Notes under the pieces: generated by a model
Told to the model about the DNA's origin: nothing
What the model saw: the letters and a program-made list of their open reading frames with translations, nothing else
Database searches by the model: none
Made by a program: the position numbers and the translations under genes
NCBI GenBank assembly: GCA_024626585.2
Contig: JANKJI020000004.1
Coordinates: forward strand, 176,932,983 to 176,955,054
DNA length: 22,072 nucleotides
Direction: 5' to 3'
Source: Ginkgo biloba
Lineage: Eukaryota; Plantae; Ginkgophyta
Shown: positions 11,201 to 22,072 of the stretch, piece by piece
How the letters are laid out: each line of letters begins with the position of its first letter
Numbering within the stretch: position 1 is the stretch's first letter

Positions 11201-12304
11201 TATTGCTCCTCTGAGTGAAATAAACCACATGATGCATTTGACAATATCTTTGGTAAGAGCATTAAAATTTATTTGTATGAAATTACATTCTTCTCTACGC
11301 AAAGAGAAGATCACATCAAACATCTCAAAATGATATTTGAAAGGTGTAGAGAGTTTAGCATATCTCTCAATCCTAAAAATTCAATCCTTGAAATCACTAA
11401 GGGGAAGTTGTTGGGGAATGTAGTCTTAAAAGAGGATGCAATCATAAATTAAAAAAGGGTAAAAGTGATACAACTGCTATCTCTTCCATCCAAAAATAAA
11501 GAGGTTCAATCCTTCCTTATAAAGATCAATTTTGTTATGAGGTCCGTCCATGACTTTGCCAACATTGTTTGACCTATCACTCGGTTGTTGAGGAAAAATG
11601 TTGAATTTAAATGAATAGAGGAATCCTATGATTAATTTTTGAAAATAAAAAATTCCATCACATCAACTCTAATGCTTACTGCACCATATTTTGACAAATA
11701 TTTTATCATATATTCTTATGCTTTGGAGCATTCCATCGCTATTTCCCTACTACAAAAAGATGATGAATGCCATTAATGTCCCATTGCATTCATGAGAAAG
11801 GTTTTGAAATATTATGAATTTAATTACATTGACATGGAAAAATAAGCTTATTCCTTAGTCAAATCCATTAGGTCATTCATTACATACATATTGATGAATC
11901 ATATTGTGGGCTATATACCATTAACCCTGATAAAACTAATGATGAACCAATAAGAATTAAATGGAAAATGGGATAACTGGATTACAAAGATTCAAGAGTA
12001 TAATCTAGACATCATGCCAACTAATACTGTAAAAATCTAGGGGTTGTGAAAGTTGGTTATTGATTCACTCATAGATACATCACTAGGTGGGGATGATGAA
12101 AAATTAATGAATGTTAAGACTAACATAATTCCCATGGATAGAAATTAGGATACAAAGAGATCATCTTCTATATTCATAACATAGTATATCCCAAAGGTTT
12201 AACAAAGAAGTAGAAAAGGAATTTTAATCAAAAGGCCACCATATCCATCCTAGTAAATGAAATGTTATTTCGAAAAAACTATGATAGTTTACTACTAAGA
12301 TGTA
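11201..12304 (+). pseudogene. pol: Ty3/gypsy (Tat-like, non-chromovirus) pol remnant: RT C-terminal half, RNase H and start of the integrase region
   Basis: One frame with stops reads IYLYEITFFSTQREDHIKHLKMIFERCREFSISLNPKNSILEITKGKLLGNVV...EVQSFLIKINFV...PITRLLRKNVEFK*...PIAFMRKVL...NYIDMEK*AYSLVKSIRSF...WITKIQEYNLDIMPTNTVKI*GL, followed by YKEIIFYI...LFRKNYDSLLLRC. The catalytic YLDD has decayed to YLYE (11270-11281). Confidence 0.93.
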
Positions 12305-12409
12305 NNNNNNNNNNNNNNNNNNNNNNNNNNNNNNNNNNNNNNNNNNNNNNNNNNNNNNNNNNNNNNNNNNNNNNNNNNNNNNNNNNNNNNNNNNNNNNNN
12401 NNNNAATTG

Positions 12410-12690
12410 ATCCAAATTGTGTGTAAAAGTAATCCAATTGGTGTGTAAAGAAGGATTCCTATCGGTGAGTGAAATTACACTCTATTTTTAATCTTTTTTA
12501 TTGACCTAATTGGTGTGTAAAAAGGATTTTGATCTATGAGAAAAATTACACTTCATTTTTTATCTTTCTATCAAGTTGATCGATGTGTAAAATTGATTCT
12601 AATCGATGAGTAAAAATTACACTTTGGTTGTTATCTTTTCAATAGAGTCAATCGATGTGTAAAATAGATTTCAATCGGTGATAAAATAGT
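12410..12690. repeat. Tandem repeat, ~70-72 bp unit, about 3.5-4 diverged copies
   Basis: Units (A/G)AT(T/C)G(G/A)TGTGTAAA...GATT...ATC..TGAG..AAATTACACT...ATCTTT start at 12436, 12508, 12578 and 12650 (the last is partial). Confidence 0.85.
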
Positions 12691-12954
12691 CATAAGTATA
12701 GGTAGTCATTAAAATGAGAATAACTTTCAAACCATATCTCTATTTTTTAACTTCTTTTACTCATTTTGAAGATAAAGGAAAATTCTACAACTTCTCTTAT
12801 TTGTGTAGAAGCTAAATTTGTATAAATTTCTCCTAGTTTCACCTACAATTTGACTATGCAAAAATATAAATAAAAAGTTGATTGTTCAAACAAAAACAAG
12901 TGACTTATTTATAGCCTACACACAAATGGTTTCTCCTTATTCACTAAATTTGAT

Positions 12955-13181
12955 CCAGATAAAAAGATTCAAAGAAAGAATTTTAAATGGGTGATCAAGT
13001 CCTTATGTGGAACAAAGCTAAGGAGAATATCGGTGCTCATCACAAGTTTGACTCACTTTGGCTTGGGCCTTATAAGATCATTGAATTGATTGGAGATAAT
13101 NNNNNNNNNNNNNNNNNNNNNNNNNNNNNNNNNNNNNNNNNNNNNGTGAATGGACAATATTTAAAGAATTTTTACCTATGA
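12955..13181 (+). pseudogene. pol: Ty3/gypsy integrase C-terminal GPY/F module through the pol stop codon (Tat-like)
   Basis: KKIQRKNF/GDQVLMWNKAKENIGAHHKFDSLWLGPYKIIELIGDN-(44 N)-VNGQYLKNFYL* matches F..GD.VL.W......GKH.KFD.LW.GPY.I....G.N...PVNG..LK.Y. Confidence 0.88.
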
Positions 13182-14494
13182 TGCAAAAAAGATGAAATTT
13201 ATAAATATTATACAGTGAGTAAATATTCTATTCAAATCATGTCCATTTTAAAGTTTAGGAAACAAGGTGATCATGTAAATAATCCTTTATTTTCATAGGA
13301 AAATGATATAAAGAGGAATCCATGAGGGAGAAATAAATAGGATATTGATTGGTGCTAGCATTAGACATTTTCCTACTTAGGAACCAATTATAATTGAAAA
13401 AATATAGTCATAATTATGGAAAATATTTGAAACATTATCCCTTGCAGAAGATACAAGATTTGTCAATATTCATCCCACTATCACCAATGGTCACTATTGA
13501 TGGTATTAGGAAAATAGTGTAGAAGATGATATCTTGTATCATATGTCATGCATCGATGAATAGTTATTTTCCCTAAATAAGAGGATCCCTTCATTTAAAT
13601 GTTAAGAAAATGTGTTGTGGTCCTTCACTCCATCCTCTTCCTCAATCTCTCCCCTTCAAATCCTCGAACATTTGAGACCATATTTTGAAGTGAGAATGTT
13701 TGCATATTATTTCACCATTGATCCATCTTAAGCCACCTACCTTCAAAGTATAAAGTAGGTTTTGGACGATTAATAGATCACCAGTAAAAATAGATTCATT
13801 CTCCACTTCTCATTGGTCATCATTTATAATTCTTTCCAATACCTCCCATTCCATTCCCATGCCATATTTCATAATAGAAGTGACACAATTGATTACCATA
13901 AATGGTAAAGAAAGAGGAAACAATTCTCCAAATATTCATGATCCTACCACCCTTATACAGTCCCCACCTAGTCCAAATTTCCCAAACTTCTAATTCCCAT
14001 ATAATTTTTTTCTCCTATATATAACTTCTTGAATACCGATATNNNNNNNNNNNNNNNNNNNNNNNNNNNNNNNNNNNNNNNNNNNNNNNNNNNNNNNNNN
14101 NNNNNNNNNNNNNNNNNNNNNNNNNNNNNNNNNNNNNNNNNNAGAAAATATTCCAATGCATTGGGAATACTTAAGTTCCAATGTTTGAATGATTAACTAA
14201 GTTTTTATGTTGTTAAATGTAAAATGAATTTTTGCAATAGGTACTTTCATAGTTGTGTAAGTTGTGTTAATGTTATAATCTAATTTTATAGGTTGGAACT
14301 ATAAGAGCAATTGAAAGTTGGTAACTAACTTCTTGAGGTTGTTTTATGATAGAAAGATTCAATCTTATAGTAATAGTTCTCAAACCCAAATGGGAAATTC
14401 ATTTGCATGAAGACTTGCACCCATCAACACCCTATAGAGATACTTCAAGTTTTGGAGTTCAGGAAACCCAAGAAGGAAGATTTGGTGGTCACCT

Positions 14495-15490
14495 TGTAGA
14501 ATCCCCAAAATCTTGAAGATGGCTTGTGGACCCAATCCAAGGAATTAATTCTATTTAATTTGCATATCATGTCCATAAAAGGGTCTACAATAGTATTTTG
14601 GGTTCGGGTTTTAGGGTTACAAGAATTCTAAGTGAATTGTGAAGTTGGCCATAGCTTTGGATGGGCCCAATATAAGAATAATGGTGGATTAAATCAAAGT
14701 TAATGTCCGATATGTCAAAACGAAAGTATCAAGGTTTGGGTATTAGGAGGTGAATGGACTCGTGATGGGAAAAAGTGAGACAAGGCATGAGGATTTTCTC
14801 AAAATGGATTTAGGTTCTTTCTATGAAGGACATTTTTCATGATGAGCATCATCCATCACACTTGCTCATCTAAATATTATTTTAAAAGAAGGAGCATTTA
14901 AGTTATCATGTTCCACATGCCNNNNNNNNNNNNNNNNNNNNNNNNNNNNNNNNNNNNNNNNNNNNNNNNNNNNNNNNNNNNNNNNNNNNCCTTAGCATAA
15001 ATATGGTGGGTAGGTATTGATCAGAGATTGCATTTTCATTTATGAAGATGGATTTTAAGCATAAACCAGAGTTTTTATGGGAAAATTAAGCAGTTGCAAG
15101 AATAGGTAGTAAGAATAGAAGAAAATAAAGATTTTAATCACCTATCAAGTTGAGATTGTATACTAAAAAATTGGCTCCCCTCTCATATGGAAATTCCTAG
15201 TAGCTTTAACAAATTCAATGGGGAAGAAGACCTAGAAAGGATTAGGAGTATAAACAACCCTAATAATGATGGAGATAACTCATATAGTTGATACATTTCA
15301 GGATAGTTTCAATTATCTTTTAAAGAAACATATGCAAATGGATAGAGAAAAGAGGGAAAGGAATACATTATGGAAATATAGCTTAATTCAATATTTTTTT
15401 GTCCTCGAAGTCATGCCTTCTTACTTGTTAGTAGAGTGATGTGCCTAAAGATTTAATCCATATTTTTGACCTGTAAATAAAAAAAAAAAT
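14495..15490 (+). mobile_element. Possible gypsy LTR fragment beginning TGTAGAATCCCCAAAAT
   Basis: The TGTA....CCC.AAA start resembles plant gypsy LTR 5' termini, and the downstream sequence is non-coding with TAGGGTT/AACCCTA motifs. No second copy, clear PPT or TSD is visible. Confidence 0.25.
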
Positions 15491-16079
15491 NNNNNNNNNN
15501 NNNNNNNNNNNNNNNNNNNNNNNNNNNNNNNNNNNNNNNNNNNNNNNNNNNNNNNNNNNNNNNNNNNNNNNNNNNNNNNNNNNNNNNNNNCTTAAATTAC
15601 AAGATTGTCAAATCTCTTATTTTTCATCTTTCCATTATCTCCCTCCTTGGGGATATCTCCCTCCATGAGATTCCATAATGATGGATGGGTTTATATACCA
15701 TAATGTTCTGAATTATGTTGGGTTACAAGGAAAAGTTAATCCATAACATTCTTAGATGGTGTTTTCTCAGATGATCTAGACCTTTGCCAATATACATACA
15801 TGTTAGGACATACATTATCTAAAAGGATGATTTGCATAGAATGATCATCACTAATAAATCTCCTCCATGGGATCACATAGGTTTTGAGTAAGGCCTTGAT
15901 CTCCTACTATGATAAAGAAAGTATGTTTCATCATCATACCTCCTTTTAGTTTTCTTTCTTTCTAATTCCTCCCTTTCCATATCCATTACTTCCCATGACA
16001 CCATTACTAATATCTGTAGAGATTATGATTTTCACACTCCAATGAAATTCTTCTTTAACTATAATTTCATTATGGAGGA

Positions 16080-16966
16080 GTCTTAACATAGATCATGCAA
16101 CAAGGAGAGGTGCATTCTACACCCCAACCACACCCACTTCAATAGTTCTTTCCTACACCTCTCATACCATTCATACCACCATGTAGATAGTTTGGTAAAA
16201 CAAAAATTGAATAATAAATCAATCAACACCATATTATTAATATAAGATTCCTCTCCTAGAGAAATTTTCATAATAACACTTCCTACTTTCATATTTTTCT
16301 ACATTTATGTTCCTGACTTTATAGAAAATTTTGTATTTTATAAGTTCCTAGCACCACCAAATTTACCTCAATGATCATCCTTTTTAAGATATTTTTTCCA
16401 TTTTGGTAGAATTGTATAACCTACTATCATGTTGGGATATAACTCTATAACTCCTTGCATGTTCTCTATTAGAATGTCCTAAACTTTCTAACTACAAGTT
16501 TTTTCTAATACCTCTTGAAAACTAGCTCTGTCTACTTTAAAATCAATTTCACCAAATCAAATTAGCAACTCTCTTCAATTGCCTTATCACTCTAATAACT
16601 CTATCACTTAACAATTTTCTTATAATGGATCTGATTACTTATATCAATATTTAATATGTTATTGAATATGACTCATTATTTGCACCTACTTTCTTTTATG
16701 CACCTAAATAATGTTTAAAATATGTGTGATTTAATATTGGCCATTAGATTTACCTTTGTCATCAAATTTTTCCAAACTACTAGCCTTTACTAACCCATGT
16801 AATTCTACACTATGTCATTACTTGGCAACGACAATCCTTTATTTCTAACTTTTTCATCTATCATTGGTAAATGCTAGTTTTTTAAGGCTTACTTTATGTC
16901 ATACCTTATGACACTTACCCTTTAATCATAAAATTTTATAATCTGTTATACCTTAGCACAAAATTT
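16080..16966 (-). pseudogene. Possible highly decayed LINE ORF2 post-RT region
   Basis: Minus-strand fragments HKVSLKKLAF..., LEIKD...Q....W and WWYEWYER resemble H.VSW.K...PK..GG.GI.D and W.IW..RN in order and approximate spacing. Many stops are present. Confidence 0.25.
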
Positions 16967-17066
16967 NNNNNNNNNNNNNNNNNNNNNNNNNNNNNNNNNN
17001 NNNNNNNNNNNNNNNNNNNNNNNNNNNNNNNNNNNNNNNNNNNNNNNNNNNNNNNNNNNNNNNNNN

Positions 17067-18292
17067 TAAGTGTAAAAAATATTTTGATCAATAGAGCACA
17101 CTTACAGATTATATTTAATAATAATGGAAGGGTACTGAAGGAACACCCCAAGAAAATAAAATGAAATCCCTTTGAGATAATAAGTATGTAAAAATAATCA
17201 AGATTTACAAAGATACATGTGGGACTAAAATCCACTACATGAGTATAAGAACAAGGTAATAATGGTGGAGATGAATCACCAGAGAAAAGGAAAAAATTAG
17301 ATTATCAACATTAGTGTGGATAATGTAGATATATAAGAATAGGAAGAGAATAAAGTATAAGAGGATATACAAGATAATTTATAGATGTAGGTAGAGTGGA
17401 AATAATAACATGATTAACAAGATCAATAGTAGAAGTAATAATTATAGGAATCATAACCACAAAATGAAGAAGCGATATTGATAGAGAATACACTAATGGA
17501 AGAGGGAAAGAATTTTATATAGGCTATGGAGGTGTTATAATAAGAAATCATTAAGGATATGAAAGTGATGACCTTGATGACATTCACACCCTTGAGGAAG
17601 AAATCACATATCAATTTTGATAGCATAAAGCCTATGGAGATTTAGATAATTATAGTGAGGTTGTGAGAAGTAATATGAAAAAGAAGAGTATATATAAGTT
17701 ATAAGAAGCTAGACATCTAGTAATTGGAATTACAACAAGAGGTAATGAAAAATTTAGCATTTAAAGACCTAAATGAATAATTCTTTGATATGGTGAACAT
17801 GAAAGTGGATTAATACAAAAATGAAGTTAATAAATTGAAAGAAAGATTAATCTAGTATAACAAGTAAATTATTAAGATCTATAAAATTGTAAAGACATAA
17901 GATAAAATTATCTTAAAAAAAAAGTGTATGATGATATGGTAAAGTTAAAAAATATCAAAGTTTTGGTAAGACATATAAAACTAGAACCAGTTAATGAAAT
18001 TATTGAAGGTGTTCATAAAATGATTTTAGAAATTAATGATAATTAGTATAAAGAGGAGATAGTGATAACTACGAATAAATATACGATGAAGAAGATAATG
18101 ATATACTTATGTCCAAAGTGTGACAAAGTGATGAATTGTATGTATAATATATGTAAAACAAATTGGGGGTCTTTAGAGAAAAATATGTTAGAATGATTTA
18201 TTATTCTGTAATGTTTACACGATGTATTTATTGTAAATAGGATCAAGACTTAATGTCGTGACTCCTATGTCTATTATAAGGGTAAATGGGTC
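17067..18292 (+). mobile_element. Possible decayed gypsy gag-to-protease linker
   Basis: A strongly A/G-skewed plus strand like the recognised gypsy sense strands here, ending in TPMSIIRVNG, which resembles the strand preceding a retropepsin active site. No diagnostic motif is seen. Confidence 0.2.
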
Positions 18293-19053
18293 NNNNNNNN
18301 NNNNNNNNNNNNNNNNNNNNNNNNNNNNNNNNNNNNNNNNNNNNNNNNNNNNNNNNNNNNNNNNNNNNNNNNNNNNNNNNNNNNNNNNNNNNTATAAATG
18401 TGGAAAGATCCTTGGGAAACATCTCATATTGAATATTAGTCCTAATTCGATTAAGACTTTATTAAAAGAAAATATTTGTAATATATTTTAAAATCAATGG
18501 AAAGAAGATTGCCATCAACTCTGCCAAATTAAGGTGTAGTAGTGAAGGATAATATGATATCAAGTTCAATATGGTGGTAAGAGAAAAAATTGAGAAGTGT
18601 ATTATTTATATGAATATATATATTTGGAAAATAATTTTAATATCCTATGTATATATTTTATTCAATTGTGTTATATTTTGGTTGTGATATGTTTTATATA
18701 ATAACATTGTGAAAAATATTTTCTTTAAAGTTTTGAGAATGAATATTCTATCTTGAAATATACTAGAGTTATTATCCTATAAATACTTATAATTATAAAT
18801 ACGTATCTTAGGTAAGATAATTATAAGGATCAAAGCTATGATTTAGTGTGATATGTCTTTAATCTCTTTGTAGAAAAAATTACTTCTTATTGAAAAAAAT
18901 GGATTTTGGCCAATTGACTATGTAATGTTTACATGCTTATATTTAGTTTATATTAATTATGAATGTGAAATTTTAATGAATAGTGATAAGTTTCGGTTAA
19001 GTGTTTTTTTCTTTTCTACATAGTAATTACATATAAAAATTTCTTTAGTTACT

Positions 19054-19513
19054 AAAAAGAGAGAATGTTAGATTCATACAAAGTTAGTTGAGTAAATATT
19101 TATAAAGTATTTTATCTATACATTTGATGATTTAAAATATTAGACAAATATTAGTAAATATTTATGAACTAATTCCATATTAGTGGTTTTAGATTAATAT
19201 TTTCAAACATTATCAATATTTTTTTAATTTTTAAAGTGTTTAATACAGTCAAAATGAGTTTTAAAGTCATGTAGGAAGTACGTTGAGTCCACTCAAAATG
19301 TTTGAATAAAAAAGGGATCGCTAAAGGAGCTATAATGAGAACTTTATGAGTCCAAGAGATATCAAGACCTTAATGAATGATAAGATTTAAACTTTGACTT
19401 ATAAAGAGTAGTTGAGTGAAGAAAGAGACTATAATTCTATAAATATTTCTTAAGATTTATGTAATTCATATACATCTTATAAGGAAAGTGAATATTGTGT
19501 AAATTTATAAAAG
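19054..19513 (+). mobile_element. Probable polypurine tract and start of the 3' LTR of a Ty1/copia element
   Basis: The purine run AAAAAGAGAGAA (19054-19065) is immediately followed by TGTTAG at 19066, resembling the copia junction CAAGTGGGAGAATGTTAG after mostly G>A decay. A weak RNase H-end-like peptide (ISPNSIKTLLKENI) lies at ~18435-18480. Confidence 0.4.
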
Positions 19514-19613
19514 NNNNNNNNNNNNNNNNNNNNNNNNNNNNNNNNNNNNNNNNNNNNNNNNNNNNNNNNNNNNNNNNNNNNNNNNNNNNNNNNNNNNNNN
19601 NNNNNNNNNNNNN

Positions 19614-20740
19614 ATATTCTCAAGGGTTTTATACTAAGAAATATAATCAAATTGGTGAATCTAAATAGAAGTTCATAACTAGGGAAAAAATAAAGGAAAG
19701 ATGGAATACCTTAACCTAAAGATCAAAATAAAGAAAAAATAAGGCTAAGGAAATGATCCTTAAATATCAAATGTAGAATAATAAACCTATAAAGATTAAT
19801 TATTCTCTATAATATTTACATATAGTTATATAATTAGAAAAGGATAAGGATCAATTGTTAAGAATGATCAAGGAATTGGCATTGCAAAGTTAGCTTTAAG
19901 GAAGATTTCCAAGATTTATAAAACCTTGGTTGAGATGGATGTGAATATTATTCACAATACTACAACAAGAATTATCAATAGAAGGATATATAATATTCAA
20001 TTCAATTAATAGTCCAAGATGTGCATGTTAAGGATGCAATTATACATTTTGGATAACATGTGAGGGGCATAATAATTTATCCACATAAAAGGACAAGGAT
20101 CAATTGTTATGCCCATCATATCTAAAGTAAATATCATATCTTTGTATATGTGGAAAAATATGTGATGCCCATATATGTTGCATTCTAAAATAATCATCAA
20201 GATGGAAAATCAACATCAAGTAGTTCATAAAAGAAAATTATTAAAAATAAAGATATCCTAGAACATCGTAGAGGTAGAACAAGACTTTGAGGTGATCTCC
20301 TTACCTAATATGGGTAATGCATATAAGGTTTATTAGGGAGACCTTGGATTAATTCAATGAGAGGATCAAAAAGATTTGAAAAGGAGAAGATGAATTTTAA
20401 TGAGTGAATAGTTGGTTATACGTTCCTTTAAACAAAACAAAGGAGGCAATTGAAATCATTAAAGATGAAAATAGTTCTTCTAAAATATAATTTAAATAAG
20501 ATACAAAATCTAAGGAATATATTAAAAATATATATAACTATTCAAAGGAAGTTAATGAAGTTGATGATGATGGTATTTTGAGTTTTTCGATCATTACATC
20601 TTAAATCACTAATTTNNNNNNNNNNNNNNNNNNNNNNNNNNNNGAAAAAGAGATTTAAGAAATACACTATTTTAATAGATAGTGAATAGTAGCTAAGTTT
20701 GATGAGGAGGTACTAAGATAAAAGATCCAATAAACCTTAT
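19614..20740 (+). mobile_element. Probable decayed gag region of the gypsy element whose protease-RT follows
   Basis: Same scaffold piece and purine skew, directly upstream of the protease-RT remnant. A Cys/His cluster CICGKICDAHICC near 20143-20182 may be a decayed zinc knuckle. Confidence 0.35.
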
Positions 20741-22072
20741 TTAGTGAAGGATCATATGTAAAGGAGCATTGAAAGTGGTTCTTAACATTAACCACTAATG
20801 TGGATTATGAATAAAATTATGCATTAGTTGAGTCTATTTTAATACATCAAGTAAGGAGATGGTTTAAGGTTTATCATAATTATTTTATATATTAGAATAC
20901 TATAATAATTTTATTCTTATATAGGTTTTATAGACTCAATTTTAGATTAATAAAGTTATAGTGTGATGGAGAAAAATGTCCTAAATTTTTTTTAAAGGAA
21001 ACTAAACTAACATGAACAAGGTATAATGTAATAACAAACATGGATAATAAATTACTAAATATTAATACTTTTGGATTTGTACTATATGGTATATCCTATT
21101 AATGGTATAATCATTTAGAAACAAAGTATAAGTTGAAGATTAGAAAATACCACATAATGGTGTAATAGAGTTATGTTATTAAGAGTAGACATAGTCAAAT
21201 GATATTTTATAGTCTATGAAGAAAAAAGAATAAACTCTATATTTGGTAAAATTATGCCAAATAATTATAGAATGGAAGTGACTAAAGAAATTGAGTACAT
21301 AATTTTGGATAACTTCATGAGATAAAAAGTGAAGGATAAGTAGGTCTTAGAGAAACTAATAATATTGGATATAGAATGACCTAATAAATAACCATATAGA
21401 ACTCTTTAACTTAGAAAGAAAGAAAAGAATAAGACCGTTGAAGTAGGATATTATTGGGATGAGAAGACTATCTCAATGTCACAAGATGTGTTTAAAGAGT
21501 ATATCAATGTATTTTCATGTACATATAAATATTTGAAGGGAATTGTACCAAAGATCATATAGTCAAGAATAGAACTAGAGAAAGAAGTAAATTCAAAAAG
21601 GTAGTGGCATTATAGAATGAATCCAAAGTATAGGAAATTTATTTAAGAGGAGATTGATAAACTATTTTATGCAATCTATATATACCCAATGGAGAAGAGA
21701 ACATGGGCATTCCTAATCATAATTACCAAGAATAAAAATGAAAAACTATGTATTTTTGTTGACTTTAAAAGCTTAAGAAATATAATAAATAAGGATCAAT
21801 TTCCATATGCCTTCACTAAATAGGTGTTAAAGAATGTAGTAGGGAACTCTTTTATAGATGGATTGTTTAGTTACAATTACATACAAGTTCATCTAGAAGA
21901 TTAAATGAAGACCACATTCACAACTAAATGGGGATCATATGCCTATAGGGTAATTCCATTTTGTTTAATAAATACACTAGAAATATTCTTAAGGATAATA
22001 AAAATACTATTAAAGGATGTATCTATAAGTTTGTAGAGATATATCTAAATGACTAGTTAATATATGTATTCA
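20740..22072 (+). pseudogene. pol: Ty3/gypsy pol remnant of a second lineage: decayed protease and RT up to the YxDD box
   Basis: A weak protease-like IESGS lies at ~20768. It is followed by VEVGYYWDEKTISMSQDVFKEYINVF...LKGI...YRMNPKY...EEIDKL...IYPMEKRTW...KLCIFVDFKSL...KDQFPYAF...SFIDGLFSYNYI...ED*MKTTFTTKWGSYAYRVIPFCLIN...FVEIYLND* (22042-22056, corresponding to YLDDW). Confidence 0.92.

Larger units (their letters stand above)
1626..19613. other. Eleven 100-N scaffolding gaps
   Basis: Exactly 100 N start at 1626, 3765, 5476, 8508, 11101, 12305, 14043, 15491, 16967, 18293 and 19514. Smaller sized gaps lie at 7065-7080, 13101-13144, 14922-14989 and 20616-20643. Confidence 0.98.

Noticed and set aside
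12410-12690. CRISPR-like array
   Set aside because: The sequence between the conserved motifs is also repeated, so there are no unique spacers. The copies are diverged, there are no cas genes, and the context is eukaryotic.
14149-14169. Near-perfect palindrome TATTCCAATGCATTGGGAATA
   Set aside because: A single short instance at a contig edge, with no supporting context.
15479-15490. Poly(A) run as a retrocopy tail
   Set aside because: It abuts a gap, so length and TSD cannot be assessed, and no upstream LINE/SINE or cDNA signature is seen.
17311-18246. Hydrophobic minus-strand ORFs (also 1127-1348, 4405-4590, 5780-5989, 20006-20200)
   Set aside because: They are antisense shadows of A-rich strands, several of them recognised retroelement sense strands.
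1364-18491. Supplied ORFs containing long X runs
   Set aside because: They reach the length threshold only by reading through N gaps. Only the non-N parts of 1364 (gag) and 12987 (integrase) are meaningful.
11201-22072. RT remnants as retron, DGR, group II intron or endogenous pararetrovirus
   Set aside because: The motifs and domain order fit Ty3/gypsy pol (protease-RT, RT-RH-integrase). No movement or capsid protein, template repeat or intron structure is visible.
1-22072. Alternative genetic code or U-to-C editing as the explanation for in-frame stops
   Set aside because: All three stop types occur, together with frameshifts and destroyed catalytic motifs (YLYE, YLND). That indicates neutral decay.

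Overview
AT-rich eukaryotic DNA, most likely a large plant genome. The retroelement protein styles suggest a gymnosperm or other non-angiosperm vascular plant (inference, not a database result). The window is a mosaic of twelve 1-3 kb pieces joined by eleven gaps of exactly 100 N, plus four smaller sized gaps, so neighbouring pieces need not be truly adjacent. Almost everything recognisable is decayed retrotransposon. This includes a Ty3/gypsy LTR end with tRNA-iMet PBS and gag (1-1625), an L1-type LINE RT remnant cut off by an LTR-like segment (5640-7430), a Tat-like gypsy RT-RNaseH-integrase start (11201-12304), an integrase GPY/F tail (12955-13181), a probable copia PPT/3' LTR start (~19054) and a second gypsy lineage with protease-RT (20740-22072). 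All carry stops or frameshifts, and many stops are C>T/G>A-type. There are also two short tandem arrays and one stretch (7861-8271, minus) with plant-like GT-AG exon/intron structure that may be a host gene end or pseudogene. I found no intact gene, RNA gene or CRISPR array, and no evidence I can support for a novel biological system. Most supplied ORFs are N-gap artefacts or chance frames.
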